From Patescibacteria group bacterium (GTDB lineage Bacteria > Patescibacteriota > Minisyncoccia > Phycocordibacterales > Phycocordibacteraceae): DNA of 47,275 nt. The stretch lies in contig JAJDCJ010000006.1 in NCBI GenBank assembly GCA_029260935.1, positions 1 to 47,275 of the forward strand. The letters are read 5' to 3'. Under the pieces are notes generated by a model. That model was not told where the DNA came from. It searched no databases and worked only from the letters and a program-made list of their open reading frames with translations. This document shows, in pieces, positions 36,445 to 47,079 of this stretch (positions are counted from its first letter, which is position 1; each line of letters opens with the position of its first letter). A program made the translations under genes and the position numbers.

Positions 36445-36879
36445 ATGGGTAAAAGACGAGTGTCAAAAATGTCAGGGGGAGGAGGAGATCGCGGACGACG
36501 CGACAGAGCTCTTTCTCGTGTGCCGAAAAAGAAACTTGAAAAAGGTGTGTTGCACATTTACTCAACCTTTAACAATACTCGCGTTACGCTTGCGGACCTT
36601 AAAGGAGGCACAGTGATGTGGGGATCGTCAGGTGCTATGGGATTTTCAGGAACTAGAAAAAGTACTCCGTTTGCGGCCGCTAAGGTAGGAGAGGTCATTG
36701 GAGAAAAGGCAATGACTATTGGCGTCAAAGAAGTAGAAGTATTTGTAAAAGGTGTTGGACCAGGAAGAGAGTCAGCACTACGCTCTTTTGCCGGCAAGGG
36801 AGTTGAGATAAGTGCGATTCATGATGTTACTCCTGTGCCACACAACGGCCCTCGCCGCCCTAAACCACGACGTGTTTAA
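36445..36879 (+). CDS. rpsK: 30S ribosomal protein S11
   Basis: STFNNT, KSTPFAA, DVTPVPHNG. Confidence 0.97.
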   Translation: MGKRRVSKMSGGGGDRGRRDRALSRVPKKKLEKGVLHIYSTFNNTRVTLADLKGGTVMWGSSGAMGFSGTRKSTPFAAAKVGEVIGEKAMTIGVKEVEVFVKGVGPGRESALRSFAGKGVEISAIHDVTPVPHNGPRRPKPRRV

Positions 36880-36892
36880 ATAATACATTACT

Positions 36893-37498
36893 ATGAAACT
36901 AGGACCACGATATAAAATCTGTAAACGACTCGGCTCAAGCATTTTTGAAAAATGCCAGACACAGCGTTTTCAATTATCAGAAGCACGAAGTGCTAAGAAT
37001 AAAAAATTCCGTCGCCAAGGAAGTGAGTTCAATCGCCAGTTGATTGAAAAACAAAAACTGCGCCTTACCTATGGCCTCTCTGAAAAACAGTTTAGTGGAT
37101 ATGTTGCGGGCGCACTGGAGATGCACACTAAACCGAAAGAGACGCTTTTCCAGTCACTTGAAACTCGGCTTGACAGTGTGGTGTACCGTATGGGCCTTGC
37201 GGGCACTCGGAGAATGGCACGTCAAATGGTTTCTCATGGACACATGACCGTAAACGGTAAAAAAATGACCATCCCTTCATATCGTGTAAAAAAATCAGAC
37301 ACACTCCGTGTCCGTGACGGTTCAAAGACGAATGCGATGTTTGCTGGTGCTCACGAAAGACTGGCCGAGTACCGAGCGCCGTCTTGGGTTGCATATAACC
37401 CGGGATCATTTGAAGGGTCTTTGAAAGAAGAGCCAGTATATGACGAGCAGGATACGGGTGTTGATATGCAGGCCGTATTCGAGTTCTATACTCGTTAG
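36893..37498 (+). CDS. rpsD: 30S ribosomal protein S4
   Basis: EKQKLR..YG, LETRLDSVV, ARQMVSHGH. Confidence 0.97.
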   Translation: MKLGPRYKICKRLGSSIFEKCQTQRFQLSEARSAKNKKFRRQGSEFNRQLIEKQKLRLTYGLSEKQFSGYVAGALEMHTKPKETLFQSLETRLDSVVYRMGLAGTRRMARQMVSHGHMTVNGKKMTIPSYRVKKSDTLRVRDGSKTNAMFAGAHERLAEYRAPSWVAYNPGSFEGSLKEEPVYDEQDTGVDMQAVFEFYTR

Positions 37499-37530
37499 TT
37501 ATTAATTAAGCGAATAAAGAAGATTGAGTT

Positions 37531-38496
37531 ATGGATTATTCTATACAGTTACCATCAAAGCCACGTGTAATTTCTGAAAACGGAAACACTGGTGTGTACG
37601 AGATAGACGGACTTTACCCCGGGTATGGACATACCTTTGGTAATTCCCTAAGACGTATTATTCTTTCATCTATTTCAGGGGGCGCTATTACTACCGTAAA
37701 AATTGACGGTGTATCGCATGAGTTCTCTACGATTGATGGAATGAAAGAGGACGTTATTGCGTTCATTTTAAACCTTAAAAAAGTACGCGTTTCAATTTCA
37801 GACAGTGAAGAATATACTATTTCACTCTCAGCAAGAGGGCCTAAGGTACTTACCGCTGGTGACTTCGTAAGTCCTGGGCAGGTAGAGATATTAAACCAAG
37901 ATCAGCATGTTGCAGAGCTGACTGCAAAAGATGCAAACATCACTGCTGAATTGACGGTACAAAACGGACTGGGATATGTACCGAAAGAAGAAATTCAAAA
38001 AGACCGTATTGATATCGGCGTGATTGCACTTGACGCAATTTTTACACCGATTAGACGTGTTAATTACGAGGTTGAAAACATGCGTGTTGGTGACCGTACG
38101 GACTTTAACCGATTGCGTATCGTTATTGAAACTGATGGTTCGCTTACTCCACGTGAGGCACTTGAGAAGTCAATCGGTATTATGATTCATCAACTTAAGG
38201 CGATTGTTGGTTTCCGTGAAGAAGAAGAGGAAACAGAGCTTCCAGAAACTACAAAAGAGGCAGTGCAGGCAGAAATGCATGAAGACGACACTGATGTTAT
38301 GAAAACTCGGATTGAGTCATTAGAGGGTCTTTCAACTCGTACTTCAAACGCACTTATCAACGCATCAATCAGAACAGTTGGTGGTTTGGTAAGAAAGAGC
38401 GAAGATGATATTTTAGAACTTGAAGGACTTGGAGCCGCAGGTGTCAAAGAGATAAAGGACGCTCTTAAAGAGCTTAATGTGACCTTGAGGGCTTAA
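37531..38496 (+). CDS. rpoA: RNA polymerase alpha subunit
   Basis: GYGHTFGNSLRRIILSS, HEFST, DAIFTPI, alpha-CTD. Confidence 0.97.
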   Translation: MDYSIQLPSKPRVISENGNTGVYEIDGLYPGYGHTFGNSLRRIILSSISGGAITTVKIDGVSHEFSTIDGMKEDVIAFILNLKKVRVSISDSEEYTISLSARGPKVLTAGDFVSPGQVEILNQDQHVAELTAKDANITAELTVQNGLGYVPKEEIQKDRIDIGVIALDAIFTPIRRVNYEVENMRVGDRTDFNRLRIVIETDGSLTPREALEKSIGIMIHQLKAIVGFREEEEETELPETTKEAVQAEMHEDDTDVMKTRIESLEGLSTRTSNALINASIRTVGGLVRKSEDDILELEGLGAAGVKEIKDALKELNVTLRA

Positions 38497-38505
38497 ATAC
38501 TGTAT

Positions 38506-38859
38506 ATGAGACATCACAAAACTATTCGTATATTTGGTAGAAAACGTGATCAGCGTGTGGCTTTGTTACGTTCTCTTGCAGAAGCACTTATCCTCCACGG
38601 AAAGATACTGACGACCGAGGCAAAAGCTAAAGAGGTCGGTCCTTTTGTTGAAAAGCTCATTACTGTTGGAAAGAAAGGAACTATCGCAGCACGACGAAAT
38701 ATTCTTGCCAAATTAGGTGGCCGTGAGGAAATAATGAAAAAAGTGGTAGATGAGTTATCACCTCGTTTCAAAGAACGTAACGGTGGGTACACTCGCATTA
38801 CTAAGGTCCACCTTAAGGCAACAGATGGCCATTCAGCTGCAGTTATTGAATTTGTTTAA
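38506..38859 (+). CDS. rplQ: 50S ribosomal protein L17
   Basis: MRH, TTEAKAKE, RNGGYTRI. Confidence 0.97.
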   Translation: MRHHKTIRIFGRKRDQRVALLRSLAEALILHGKILTTEAKAKEVGPFVEKLITVGKKGTIAARRNILAKLGGREEIMKKVVDELSPRFKERNGGYTRITKVHLKATDGHSAAVIEFV

Positions 38860-38869
38860 GATTAAATAT

Positions 38870-39223
38870 ATGGATACTACAACACACACAATTGACGCAA
38901 AAGGAAGGAAGCTAGGAAGGGTGGCGAGTGAAGTAGCACACCTTCTTATGGAAAAAGATATGCCCGCATTTGAAAAGCACCGAAAACTCGGAAGTAAAGT
39001 AAAAGTAACTAATGCCGGTGGTTTGGATATGAACCAAAAAAGAATGAGCGAGGTGCGCTACGTACGCGCTTCAGGGTATCAGGGTAATATAGTGAGAGAA
39101 AATATCAGTGATGTACTTAAAAAACATGGAGTTGAAGAGGTGGTACGTCGGGCAGTGAAGGGGATGATTCCAAGCAATAAATTACGCCCTGATATGTTAA
39201 AACGTTTAGAAGTTACTGAATAG
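38870..39223 (+). CDS. rplM: 50S ribosomal protein L13, short form
   Basis: IDAKGRKLGRVAS, AVKGMIP; ATG 38870. Confidence 0.93.
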   Translation: MDTTTHTIDAKGRKLGRVASEVAHLLMEKDMPAFEKHRKLGSKVKVTNAGGLDMNQKRMSEVRYVRASGYQGNIVRENISDVLKKHGVEEVVRRAVKGMIPSNKLRPDMLKRLEVTE

Positions 39224-39227
39224 ATTT

Positions 39228-39623
39228 ATGCCAACAAAAACAGAATATATAGAAAGTATTGGACGAAGAAAGACAGCGGCTGCACGTGTGCGTATAACAC
39301 CGAGCGCGAAGCGATCGGTTACCGTAAACAATAAAGCGTTTGATGAATATTTCTCAACAAAAGAACTACAGTCAACAGTACTTTCTCCTATGGAAGATTT
39401 AGAAGCAACATATACAGTGACGGTAGTTGTTCGTGGTGGTGGCGTTGCGTCACAAGCTGACGCTGTACGACACGGTATTGCGCGCGCCATGAATAAACTT
39501 GATGCTGAACTCCGCGGGACACTCAAGAAAAAGGGATACTTGAAACGCGATCCTCGTAAGAAAGAGCGTAAGAAGCCGGGACTCAAAAAAGCTCGTAAGG
39601 GAGCACAGTGGTCAAAACGTTAA
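39228..39623 (+). CDS. rpsI: 30S ribosomal protein S9
   Basis: GRRKTA, GGG..SQA, ERKKPG, QWSKR. Confidence 0.97.
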   Translation: MPTKTEYIESIGRRKTAAARVRITPSAKRSVTVNNKAFDEYFSTKELQSTVLSPMEDLEATYTVTVVVRGGGVASQADAVRHGIARAMNKLDAELRGTLKKKGYLKRDPRKKERKKPGLKKARKGAQWSKR

Positions 39624-39683
39624 ACTGAAGCGAACCGTTTTGTTTTGGCGAGATGGTTTGGCGATAATAGAATAGCCATATCT

Positions 39684-39712
39684 TTGACTTCTATGTTTGT
39701 TTTTTGCATACT
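39684..39712 (+). promoter_or_regulatory. Sigma70-type promoter for grpE-dnaK-dnaJ
   Basis: TTGACT-17-CATACT, 8 nt before ATG 39721. Confidence 0.6.
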
Positions 39713-39720
39713 GTATTTAC

Positions 39721-40254
39721 ATGAAAGATACTGACGATATTACTATTGAGCTTGAAAACGATGGCGCGGAAGAAAAGACTACTGCGAAATTGAAAAAATT
39801 ACGAGAGGAAATAAAAAAGATTAAAAAAGAACGGGATGAGTATTTAGACGGGTGGCAACGCTCAAAGGCAGATTATGTGAACCTTTCTCGTCGTATGCGT
39901 GAGCAAGAGGAGTTGCTTACACGAAACCAGACAGCGAAGGCGACAGCTGGAATGATCACTGTGTTTGACTCACTTGAGGCAGCATATAAAAGTGCTAAAA
40001 GTGATAGTGGTGAGCTCCTTGAAGGAATTAAACAGGTTATGGGTCAGCTTGAAACTGTTTTAAAAGAGCATACTGTAGTTCGCTTCACTCCAAAAATAGG
40101 TGAGGCGTTTGACCCGGAAAGACATGAACCTATTCAAACAGTTGCAACAAAGGACGATAAGTTAGATAATACAATTTCCGAAACGCTTCAGAGTGGATAT
40201 GAAATTTCAGGAACAATTATTCGCCCTGCGCGTGTTGTAGTGAGAAAGATTTAA
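39721..40254 (+). CDS. grpE: Nucleotide exchange factor GrpE
   Basis: QRSKADYVN, FDPERHE, GY...IRPARV. Confidence 0.94.
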   Translation: MKDTDDITIELENDGAEEKTTAKLKKLREEIKKIKKERDEYLDGWQRSKADYVNLSRRMREQEELLTRNQTAKATAGMITVFDSLEAAYKSAKSDSGELLEGIKQVMGQLETVLKEHTVVRFTPKIGEAFDPERHEPIQTVATKDDKLDNTISETLQSGYEISGTIIRPARVVVRKI

Positions 40255-40282
40255 ATTACTAAATAATTAACTAAATAAACAT

Positions 40283-42211
40283 ATGGGAAAAATTCTTGGC
40301 ATTGACTTGGGTACGACGAATTCGGCTATTGCCGTTATTGAAGGAGGGGAACCCACCATCATTGAAAACAGTGAGGGAAATCGCACCACGCCGTCAATTG
40401 TTGCTATTTCAAAAACAAATGAACGACTGGTAGGGCTTGTTGCCAAACGCCAAGCTGTCACTAACCCAACAAATACTATCTACGGTGTAAAGCGTTTTAT
40501 GGGACACAAGTTCTCAGACGATGTCGTTCAGAAAGATAAGGGTATTGTCCCGTATGAGTTGAAAGAGTCACCAGATAAAGGTGTGGTAGTTCACCTGGGA
40601 GGAAAGGATCTTCGTCCTGAGGAAATTTCAGCAATGATTTTGCAGAAAATGAAAACTGACGCTGAGGCAAAATTGGGTGAGCCAATTACTGAAGCTATCA
40701 TTACTGTCCCTGCGTATTTTGATGACGCGCAAAGAAAAGCAACTAAAGATGCCGGTAAGATTGCAGGACTTGATGTAAAGCGCATCATCAACGAACCAAC
40801 AGCAGCGGCACTTGCCTATGGTTTTAATAAACGTAAAAACGAACAGATTGTCGTCTTTGACTTTGGAGGGGGTACGTTTGATGTTTCAGTGCTTGAAGTG
40901 GGCGACGATGTCATTGAAGTGAAGGCAACCGGTGGCGACTCACATATGGGAGGGCGCGACATTGATCAGAAAATAGTTCTCTTTATTACCGATGAGTTCA
41001 AAAAACAAAGCGGTCTTGATGTTTCAAATGATCCTTTGGCTATTCAACGTCTTGATGAATCAGCCGAAAAAGCAAAGCTTGAGCTTTCAACAACAGCAGA
41101 AACTGAGATCAACATTCCCTTTATTGCTTCAAACGAAAGTGGCGCACAGCACCTTTTGGTAAAGCTCACCCGAGCAAAGCTGGAAGAGCTTTCTCAGGAG
41201 TTTGTAGACCGCGCCATTGAAATTACGAAGCAGGTTTTAGAGCAGGCAAAGTTTAAGCCAAGCGACATTGAGGAGATTGTCATGGTAGGTGGACAGACTC
41301 GTATGCCACTTATTCAAAAAAAGGTAAAAGAGTTATTTGGAAAAGAACCAAATCGCTCTATTAACCCAGACGAAGTGGTGGCAGTTGGTGCTGCAATTCA
41401 AGCAGGTATTATGCAGGGTGATGTGAAAGATGTCCTTCTGTTGGATGTTATTCCACTCTCGCTCGGCATTGAGACCATGGGAGGAGTTTCCACACCTCTT
41501 ATTGAGCGCAACACTACTATTCCAACATCAAAAAGCCAAGTATTTTCAACAGCGGCTGACAGTCAGACCTCAGTTGAAATACATATTTCCCAAGGTGAAC
41601 GTGCTATGGCGCGCGACAACAAGTCACTCGGTAGGTTTATTCTTGACGGTATTCCGCCGGCGCCACGTGGACTTCCGCAAATTGAAGTAACGTTTGACGT
41701 TGATGCAAACGGCATCTTAAATGTAACTGCAAAAGATAAGGCAACCGGTAAGACACAGTCAATTAAAATTGAAGCGTCAAGCGGACTTACTGACGTTGAC
41801 ATTGAGGCGATGCAGAAAGATGCAGAAACGCATGCTGATGCTGACAAGCAGGCAAAAGAAATGGTTGAAGCAAAAAACATGTCAGAACAAATGGTATACA
41901 CTGCTGAAAAATCACTGACTGAGCATAAAGACAAAGTTCCTGAGGATGTGCAGAAATCAATTACCGATGCTGTAGCTACGGTCAAAGAAGCTCAAGGAGG
42001 TACTGATAAGGCAGTGCTTGACGAGGCAACGCAGGCACTTTCAACTGAAATGCAGAAGATTAGTCAGTATGTCACCCAAGAACAAACAGAACAGGCACAA
42101 GGCGATACTGGTGCGAAAACTGATCCTTCAGCCGAAGGAGCTGACGAGAATATACGCGACGTTGAATCGGAAGATTCAGCCGATTCTAATAAAGACTCTA
42201 CCAACGCCTAG
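40283..42211 (+). CDS. dnaK: Chaperone DnaK
   Basis: [34 protein letters not shown]. Confidence 0.99.
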   Translation: MGKILGIDLGTTNSAIAVIEGGEPTIIENSEGNRTTPSIVAISKTNERLVGLVAKRQAVTNPTNTIYGVKRFMGHKFSDDVVQKDKGIVPYELKESPDKGVVVHLGGKDLRPEEISAMILQKMKTDAEAKLGEPITEAIITVPAYFDDAQRKATKDAGKIAGLDVKRIINEPTAAALAYGFNKRKNEQIVVFDFGGGTFDVSVLEVGDDVIEVKATGGDSHMGGRDIDQKIVLFITDEFKKQSGLDVSNDPLAIQRLDESAEKAKLELSTTAETEINIPFIASNESGAQHLLVKLTRAKLEELSQEFVDRAIEITKQVLEQAKFKPSDIEEIVMVGGQTRMPLIQKKVKELFGKEPNRSINPDEVVAVGAAIQAGIMQGDVKDVLLLDVIPLSLGIETMGGVSTPLIERNTTIPTSKSQVFSTAADSQTSVEIHISQGERAMARDNKSLGRFILDGIPPAPRGLPQIEVTFDVDANGILNVTAKDKATGKTQSIKIEASSGLTDVDIEAMQKDAETHADADKQAKEMVEAKNMSEQMVYTAEKSLTEHKDKVPEDVQKSITDAVATVKEAQGGTDKAVLDEATQALSTEMQKISQYVTQEQTEQAQGDTGAKTDPSAEGADENIRDVESEDSADSNKDSTNA

Positions 42212-42237
42212 AGTTGAGTGTCTTACAACGTAGATAT

Positions 42238-43311
42238 ATGGCAAAAGACTATTACACAGTGTTAGGGGTAGAGAAAAAAGCGTCCAAAGACGAGATTAAA
42301 AAGGCATTCCGTAAACTTGCGCATACATACCATCCTGATAAAAAAGGAGGGGACGAAGTAAAGTTTAAAGAAGCAAGCGAGGCATATTCAGTACTCTCAG
42401 ATGACAAAAAACGAGCCGAATATGACTCATACGGTAGGGTATTTTCAGGTGCGGGCGGTGGGCCACAGGGTGGTTTTGATCCATCTCAGTTCAGTGGGGG
42501 GTTTGATGGCTTTAATGTAAATGTTGAGGATATTTTTGGTGATATTTCAGAAATGTTTGGTGGCAGAGGGGCACGTTCACATCGGGGGCGTGATATTTCT
42601 ATTGATATAGAAATATCTTTTAAAGAATCGGTATTTGGAGTGACACGCACAGTGCTGGTAAGTAAAAACAGCGAGTGTTCACGTTGCAACGGGAATGGAG
42701 CAGAACCTAATACTAAAACAAAAACATGTCCTACATGTAATGGAAAAGGACAGGTGGTTGAACAGAGACGGTCACCGTTTGGAGTATTTCAAAGTGCGGC
42801 AGTATGTTCAACGTGCCACGGCAGAAAAACAGTTCCTGAAAAACCATGTACAACGTGCAAAGGGCACGGTATTGAACACAGGCAAGAAGAGTTATCAATC
42901 GCTATTCCTGCGGGAATTGATAACGGGCAAATGATTCGCATGACCGGCGCAGGAGAAGCAGTGACTGGAGGAGCGTCTGGTGATTTATATATAAAAATTC
43001 ACATACAACCACATAAAAACTTTAGAAAAGAAGGATTTAACCTCGTTACTGAGCTCCCCGTTAAAATTACCGACACCCTCATTGGTGCTGAATATAAACT
43101 AGAAACACTGGACGGTACCGTTACTGTAAAAGTACCTCCACTTAATTCAACTGATGAGATTTTGAGAGTAAAAGGAAAGGGAGTGCCTATTGAGGGAGTG
43201 GGGTCTAAAAGAAGAGGGGATTTACTCATCCGTATTAAGGTAGAGTTTCCAAAGAAACTTTCAACCGATGCTAAAAAACTATTGGAGAAACTGAAAGAAG
43301 AAGGGGTGTAG
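42238..43311 (+). CDS. dnaJ: Chaperone DnaJ
   Basis: J-domain HPD, G/F region, four CxxCxG repeats. Confidence 0.97.
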   Translation: MAKDYYTVLGVEKKASKDEIKKAFRKLAHTYHPDKKGGDEVKFKEASEAYSVLSDDKKRAEYDSYGRVFSGAGGGPQGGFDPSQFSGGFDGFNVNVEDIFGDISEMFGGRGARSHRGRDISIDIEISFKESVFGVTRTVLVSKNSECSRCNGNGAEPNTKTKTCPTCNGKGQVVEQRRSPFGVFQSAAVCSTCHGRKTVPEKPCTTCKGHGIEHRQEELSIAIPAGIDNGQMIRMTGAGEAVTGGASGDLYIKIHIQPHKNFRKEGFNLVTELPVKITDTLIGAEYKLETLDGTVTVKVPPLNSTDEILRVKGKGVPIEGVGSKRRGDLLIRIKVEFPKKLSTDAKKLLEKLKEEGV

Positions 43312-43320
43312 TATATACCT

Positions 43321-44319
43321 ATGCGCGGAGAAAAACTGAAAAAGAAACGTTCCCACTCTATTGAAGAGGAGCGCGGTATTACGGTAGTTCCTGATAATAA
43401 AGAAGGCGCTAATGAGGGTCCAACGGTGATATTTCCAGGGCTCGGTGAGACAGTAAAAAATGGAGGTGCATTTAGCACTCCTGTTAAAGTATATGCTGAA
43501 GCGTCAGGGGAAAAGGTGTTGGCACCGCAAGACCCTAGGGCAAAAGAAGCATTGGCCGACATAGAAGTTACTCAAAGACTTTTTGAAAGAAAAGAACATG
43601 CAAGGAACTATTTTAAAGACACAGTTGACTCCACTCTGCTAAAGCACGTACTTGACACTATTCCTCTTGGTCAGTTTAGAAAGGCGCTTAATGCCATGGA
43701 ATTTCTCATACCTCATCTAGGAACAGATGAGAAACCACACACTATTCCAAAGGTAATCGCTCACTCACAGGGTGGCGTTGTTGCACCACTGTGTGCACTT
43801 TTTTGGCCAGAATATTTTGAAGGAGCGCACTTAGTGTTACTAAACCCCGCCGGGTTTACTGCCGCGTCAAGGTCTAAAGAAAGGCAGGAACAGTCACGCG
43901 CAGTTAAGGCGTCTGAGAAAGTAAAACGTTCACGGCTTGAAATACTAAAAAATATGTTTTCTGAGACCCCTTCGTTTTTGAGATATTTCGGTTCTCTTAT
44001 TGCCTCGGGTAAAATAGGTGCACTCTTGGATGCACTGTATGATAATTTTCTCAGTGGACGTGCATTCCAAAGACTTGATGACGCCTATGAACTTCTGCAG
44101 TATGACGCAACCCCACTCATGCAACTTCTTGTACAGTCAGGAAATAAAGTAACTGTTGCCTATGGTGAAAAAGATATTCTCTTCCCTAGAGATTTGTTTG
44201 AAAGTCAGATAGACACACTTGCGGATGTTGAATTTAAAAAAATAAAGGGAGGACATTTTGAAATAATAGAAAATCCCGAAGAATCAGCCGAAACCCTCAA
44301 AGAAATCTTCAAAAAGTAG
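43321..44319 (+). CDS. Alpha/beta hydrolase fold protein
   Basis: FPG, AHSQGG nucleophile elbow, GEKD acid, GGH His. Confidence 0.75.
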   Translation: MRGEKLKKKRSHSIEEERGITVVPDNKEGANEGPTVIFPGLGETVKNGGAFSTPVKVYAEASGEKVLAPQDPRAKEALADIEVTQRLFERKEHARNYFKDTVDSTLLKHVLDTIPLGQFRKALNAMEFLIPHLGTDEKPHTIPKVIAHSQGGVVAPLCALFWPEYFEGAHLVLLNPAGFTAASRSKERQEQSRAVKASEKVKRSRLEILKNMFSETPSFLRYFGSLIASGKIGALLDALYDNFLSGRAFQRLDDAYELLQYDATPLMQLLVQSGNKVTVAYGEKDILFPRDLFESQIDTLADVEFKKIKGGHFEIIENPEESAETLKEIFKK

Positions 44320-44378
44320 TTTTCTGAGCCCTGTGTATTTGTATCAGGTGCTGGTGATAGGTATGGTAGTTTTAATAC

Positions 44379-44888
44379 ATGGAAACAATTAACCCCTCAG
44401 ATGTTGGTGGTACATTAGAGTTTTTAACTACCACTGCCATTCATTTAGCAACAGATTTCTTTGCCTTTTTAGTCATTGGCGGCGTGATTGCCGGCTTTGC
44501 GCTCTATGCCGGGCGTGACCGATTTGCGCCTCTTATTGCAGCGCTATACGCCTCAATACCGCTCTTTATGTTCTTTCCCTATGATGTAAGCGCCTATGGG
44601 GGCGTTATCGTTCAGTTAGCTCTCTGGGTCTTTATCGTGCTGTTGGCGCTTGTTGCGTTTTCAGGACTCTCAAGTTTTGTAGCAGGTGGTTCAATCGGAT
44701 TGATAAAACTCCTTATTCTCTCTGCAACAACCGCAGGATTTCTCATTGCCGTTGGCATTCATATATTGCCAGTGGAGCAGGTGTATACATTTAGTGCACC
44801 TACACGCGCACTCTTTGTCAGTAGCGAAGCACTTTTCTTTTGGCTCGTTGCACCACTTGCGGCCCTGTTCCTATTTGGTAGGGGATAG
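44379..44888 (+). CDS. Multi-pass hypothetical membrane protein
   Basis: About 5 hydrophobic segments. Confidence 0.75.
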   Translation: METINPSDVGGTLEFLTTTAIHLATDFFAFLVIGGVIAGFALYAGRDRFAPLIAALYASIPLFMFFPYDVSAYGGVIVQLALWVFIVLLALVAFSGLSSFVAGGSIGLIKLLILSATTAGFLIAVGIHILPVEQVYTFSAPTRALFVSSEALFFWLVAPLAALFLFGRG

Positions 44889-44961
44889 AGGTTAAAAAGT
44901 CAAATTACAGTTCGTCTTTTAGGTATGTATTCACTAAGTCGCACAACCTTATCAATCAAGA

Positions 44962-45696
44962 ATGAATAATTGGTGGCAAAAAGTTTTTGACGAAAAGTAT
45001 ACCTTCACACATGCAGGTTTTCGCCATACAGAAGTTGAGGTTGATTTTTTAAAAAAGATACTTGGAGGTAGGGAAAAAATTCTTGACCTTGCCTGTGGCG
45101 ATGGGCGCCTCTCTATCCCTCTTGCGGAAGCTGGATATAATGTAGTGGGCGTGGATTATTCCGAATACCAAATTAACAAGGCACGTGAACGTGCCACCCA
45201 TTCCAAAGCCGACCACTCTGTTGAATTTGTGCAGGGAGATATGCGTTTTCTTAATTTAAAAGAGAAGTTTGATGCCGTAATAATAATGTTCTCTTCGTTT
45301 GGTTATTTTGAAGATGAGGACGACCATATCAAAACATTGGTACAAGTTGAGAAAGCATTAAAACCCGGAGGGATTTTTATACTTGATATTATAAATCCCC
45401 CCGTTCAGATTAAAAAAATAGCAGAAAATCCTACTTCTCAATATACAAAAGACGATGGAACAATCATCACTCAATCCAATTCATATAATTCTCAAACAAA
45501 ACGCTGGCAAGGAACGTGGTCGTGGAAAGATGGCACATATACAACTGATATGAGGATTTTTGAGCTAGAGGAAATTGATAGTATGCTTGGGGGTATTGGT
45601 ATGCAGAGGGAAGGAGTCTGGGGCACGTATAAAATGAAAAAATTTGATAAGGAAACAAGCCCGCGGATTATTATCCAAAGCAGGAAACTTAAGTAA
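44962..45696 (+). CDS. Class I SAM-dependent methyltransferase
   Basis: ILDLACGDG, GVDYS, GDMR, LKPGG. Confidence 0.92.
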   Translation: MNNWWQKVFDEKYTFTHAGFRHTEVEVDFLKKILGGREKILDLACGDGRLSIPLAEAGYNVVGVDYSEYQINKARERATHSKADHSVEFVQGDMRFLNLKEKFDAVIIMFSSFGYFEDEDDHIKTLVQVEKALKPGGIFILDIINPPVQIKKIAENPTSQYTKDDGTIITQSNSYNSQTKRWQGTWSWKDGTYTTDMRIFELEEIDSMLGGIGMQREGVWGTYKMKKFDKETSPRIIIQSRKLK

Positions 45697-45718
45697 ATGC
45701 AGATAAATTTTTCTATGT

Positions 45719-46204
45719 ATGACAGATGTATATTTTAGGAAAAGTCAAGACTTTAGTGAAGAAGTGAAGGTGTTGTTTTTTCAACAGAAGGCACTATTAT
45801 TTAGAAAGCTTCCTTTTTCCGATATTCAACATATTGGTGGAACTGCTGTCCCTAACCTTTTAACAAAAGGTGACCTTGATATTAATGTGCGTGTATCTGC
45901 TGCTGATTTTTCTAAAACAGTAGAAATCTTAAAAGGGTTATATGAAATTAATCAGCCAGAGAATTGGTCTAATAGTTATGCAAGTTTTAAAGACAATAAC
46001 TCATATATATTACCCGTTGGAATACAAGTTAGTGTAATTGATTCCACTCAGGACTTTTTCTTAAAACACCGTGACGCTTTGTTAAATAATCCAGTATTAG
46101 TGGACAAGTTTAATCAAGTAAAAAAAGCATTTGAAGCTAAAGATATGGATGATTATCGAACTGCGAAAAGGAAATTTTTAGAAGAAAACATAACAAGCAC
46201 CTAG
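45719..46204 (+). CDS. GrpB family nucleotidyltransferase-fold protein
   Basis: HIGGTAVP..KGDLDI, RDAL, Y..AK..F. Confidence 0.85.
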   Translation: MTDVYFRKSQDFSEEVKVLFFQQKALLFRKLPFSDIQHIGGTAVPNLLTKGDLDINVRVSAADFSKTVEILKGLYEINQPENWSNSYASFKDNNSYILPVGIQVSVIDSTQDFFLKHRDALLNNPVLVDKFNQVKKAFEAKDMDDYRTAKRKFLEENITST

Positions 46205-46337
46205 AAAATCGTCTCGTATGCCTAAAGTCGGTCTGGAATGGTTACTTCTCTCGCCAGTCTCTTCTTTTTCGGCAGGGGATAGGGTCTATTTTTGTAGCGT
46301 ATAATGGCTAGGCGGGGTTTTTGAAATTTTTGCAGTA

Positions 46338-47075
46338 ATGAAATTTGATAATACAAAGGAGCAAGAAGGAGGTAGTTCTTCTTCCGGGCATGCTATGGCG
46401 TCAAAAAGAACACCCTTCTTTCGGAGTATCTTTTACTCAGGATTGCCCTATATACTCCAAGCAATCGCCTGGCCTATTGCACACACTATTTTCCGTCTCA
46501 ACGGGACATTTACGGTACATGGATACGAAAACATAAAAGATCTAAAGGGGCCTATTATTTTTGCTTCCAACCACTATAACGAAATGGACCCTGTAATCCA
46601 ACGTGCCGTTATACCTATGCTTTCAAGACCCGCGCCTCTTTTTTGGGTGTCTCGGCCTCGCAACCACTACACATGGAAAGGATGGAGATCATTTTTATAC
46701 GGTGAATGGTTTTTTCGTGCGTGGGGTGCGTATCCTGCGTATAAGGGCTCTAAGGATTATAAACAGTCGCTACAACATCATATTAAGATTCTTAACGACG
46801 GTTATTCTATGGGTATCTTTCCCCAGGGTATGAATGAAAAAGAACAAGGCAGAGGAGCAAAGGTTCATGGAGGAGTTGCATTTTTAAGTCATTTTACTAA
46901 TACACCCGTGGTACCTGTCACTATACAAGGCACTCTTGGCCTTGATGCACATAAATTATTCATTGGACGTTCTGATTTAGAAATACATATTGGCAAACCT
47001 ATATATGTTTCGTCAGATAATTATCAAGAAGAGGCAAAAAAGGTGGTAGACAGTCTTTATACTGTGTTAGATTAA
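46338..47075 (+). CDS. Lysophospholipid acyltransferase (PlsC family)
   Basis: ASNHYNEMD (NHxxxxD), IFPQG, VVPVTIQG; start may be 46395. Confidence 0.85.
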   Translation: MKFDNTKEQEGGSSSSGHAMASKRTPFFRSIFYSGLPYILQAIAWPIAHTIFRLNGTFTVHGYENIKDLKGPIIFASNHYNEMDPVIQRAVIPMLSRPAPLFWVSRPRNHYTWKGWRSFLYGEWFFRAWGAYPAYKGSKDYKQSLQHHIKILNDGYSMGIFPQGMNEKEQGRGAKVHGGVAFLSHFTNTPVVPVTIQGTLGLDAHKLFIGRSDLEIHIGKPIYVSSDNYQEEAKKVVDSLYTVLD

Positions 47076-47079
47076 AGAT

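Noticed and set aside
39624-39720. CIRCE/HrcA control of grpE-dnaK-dnaJ
   Set aside because: No TTAGCACTC-N9-GAGTGCTAA seen and no hrcA in the window.
183-46833. Numerous short alternative-frame and antisense ORFs in the ORF track
   Set aside because: They overlap well-supported genes and show no recognisable motifs.
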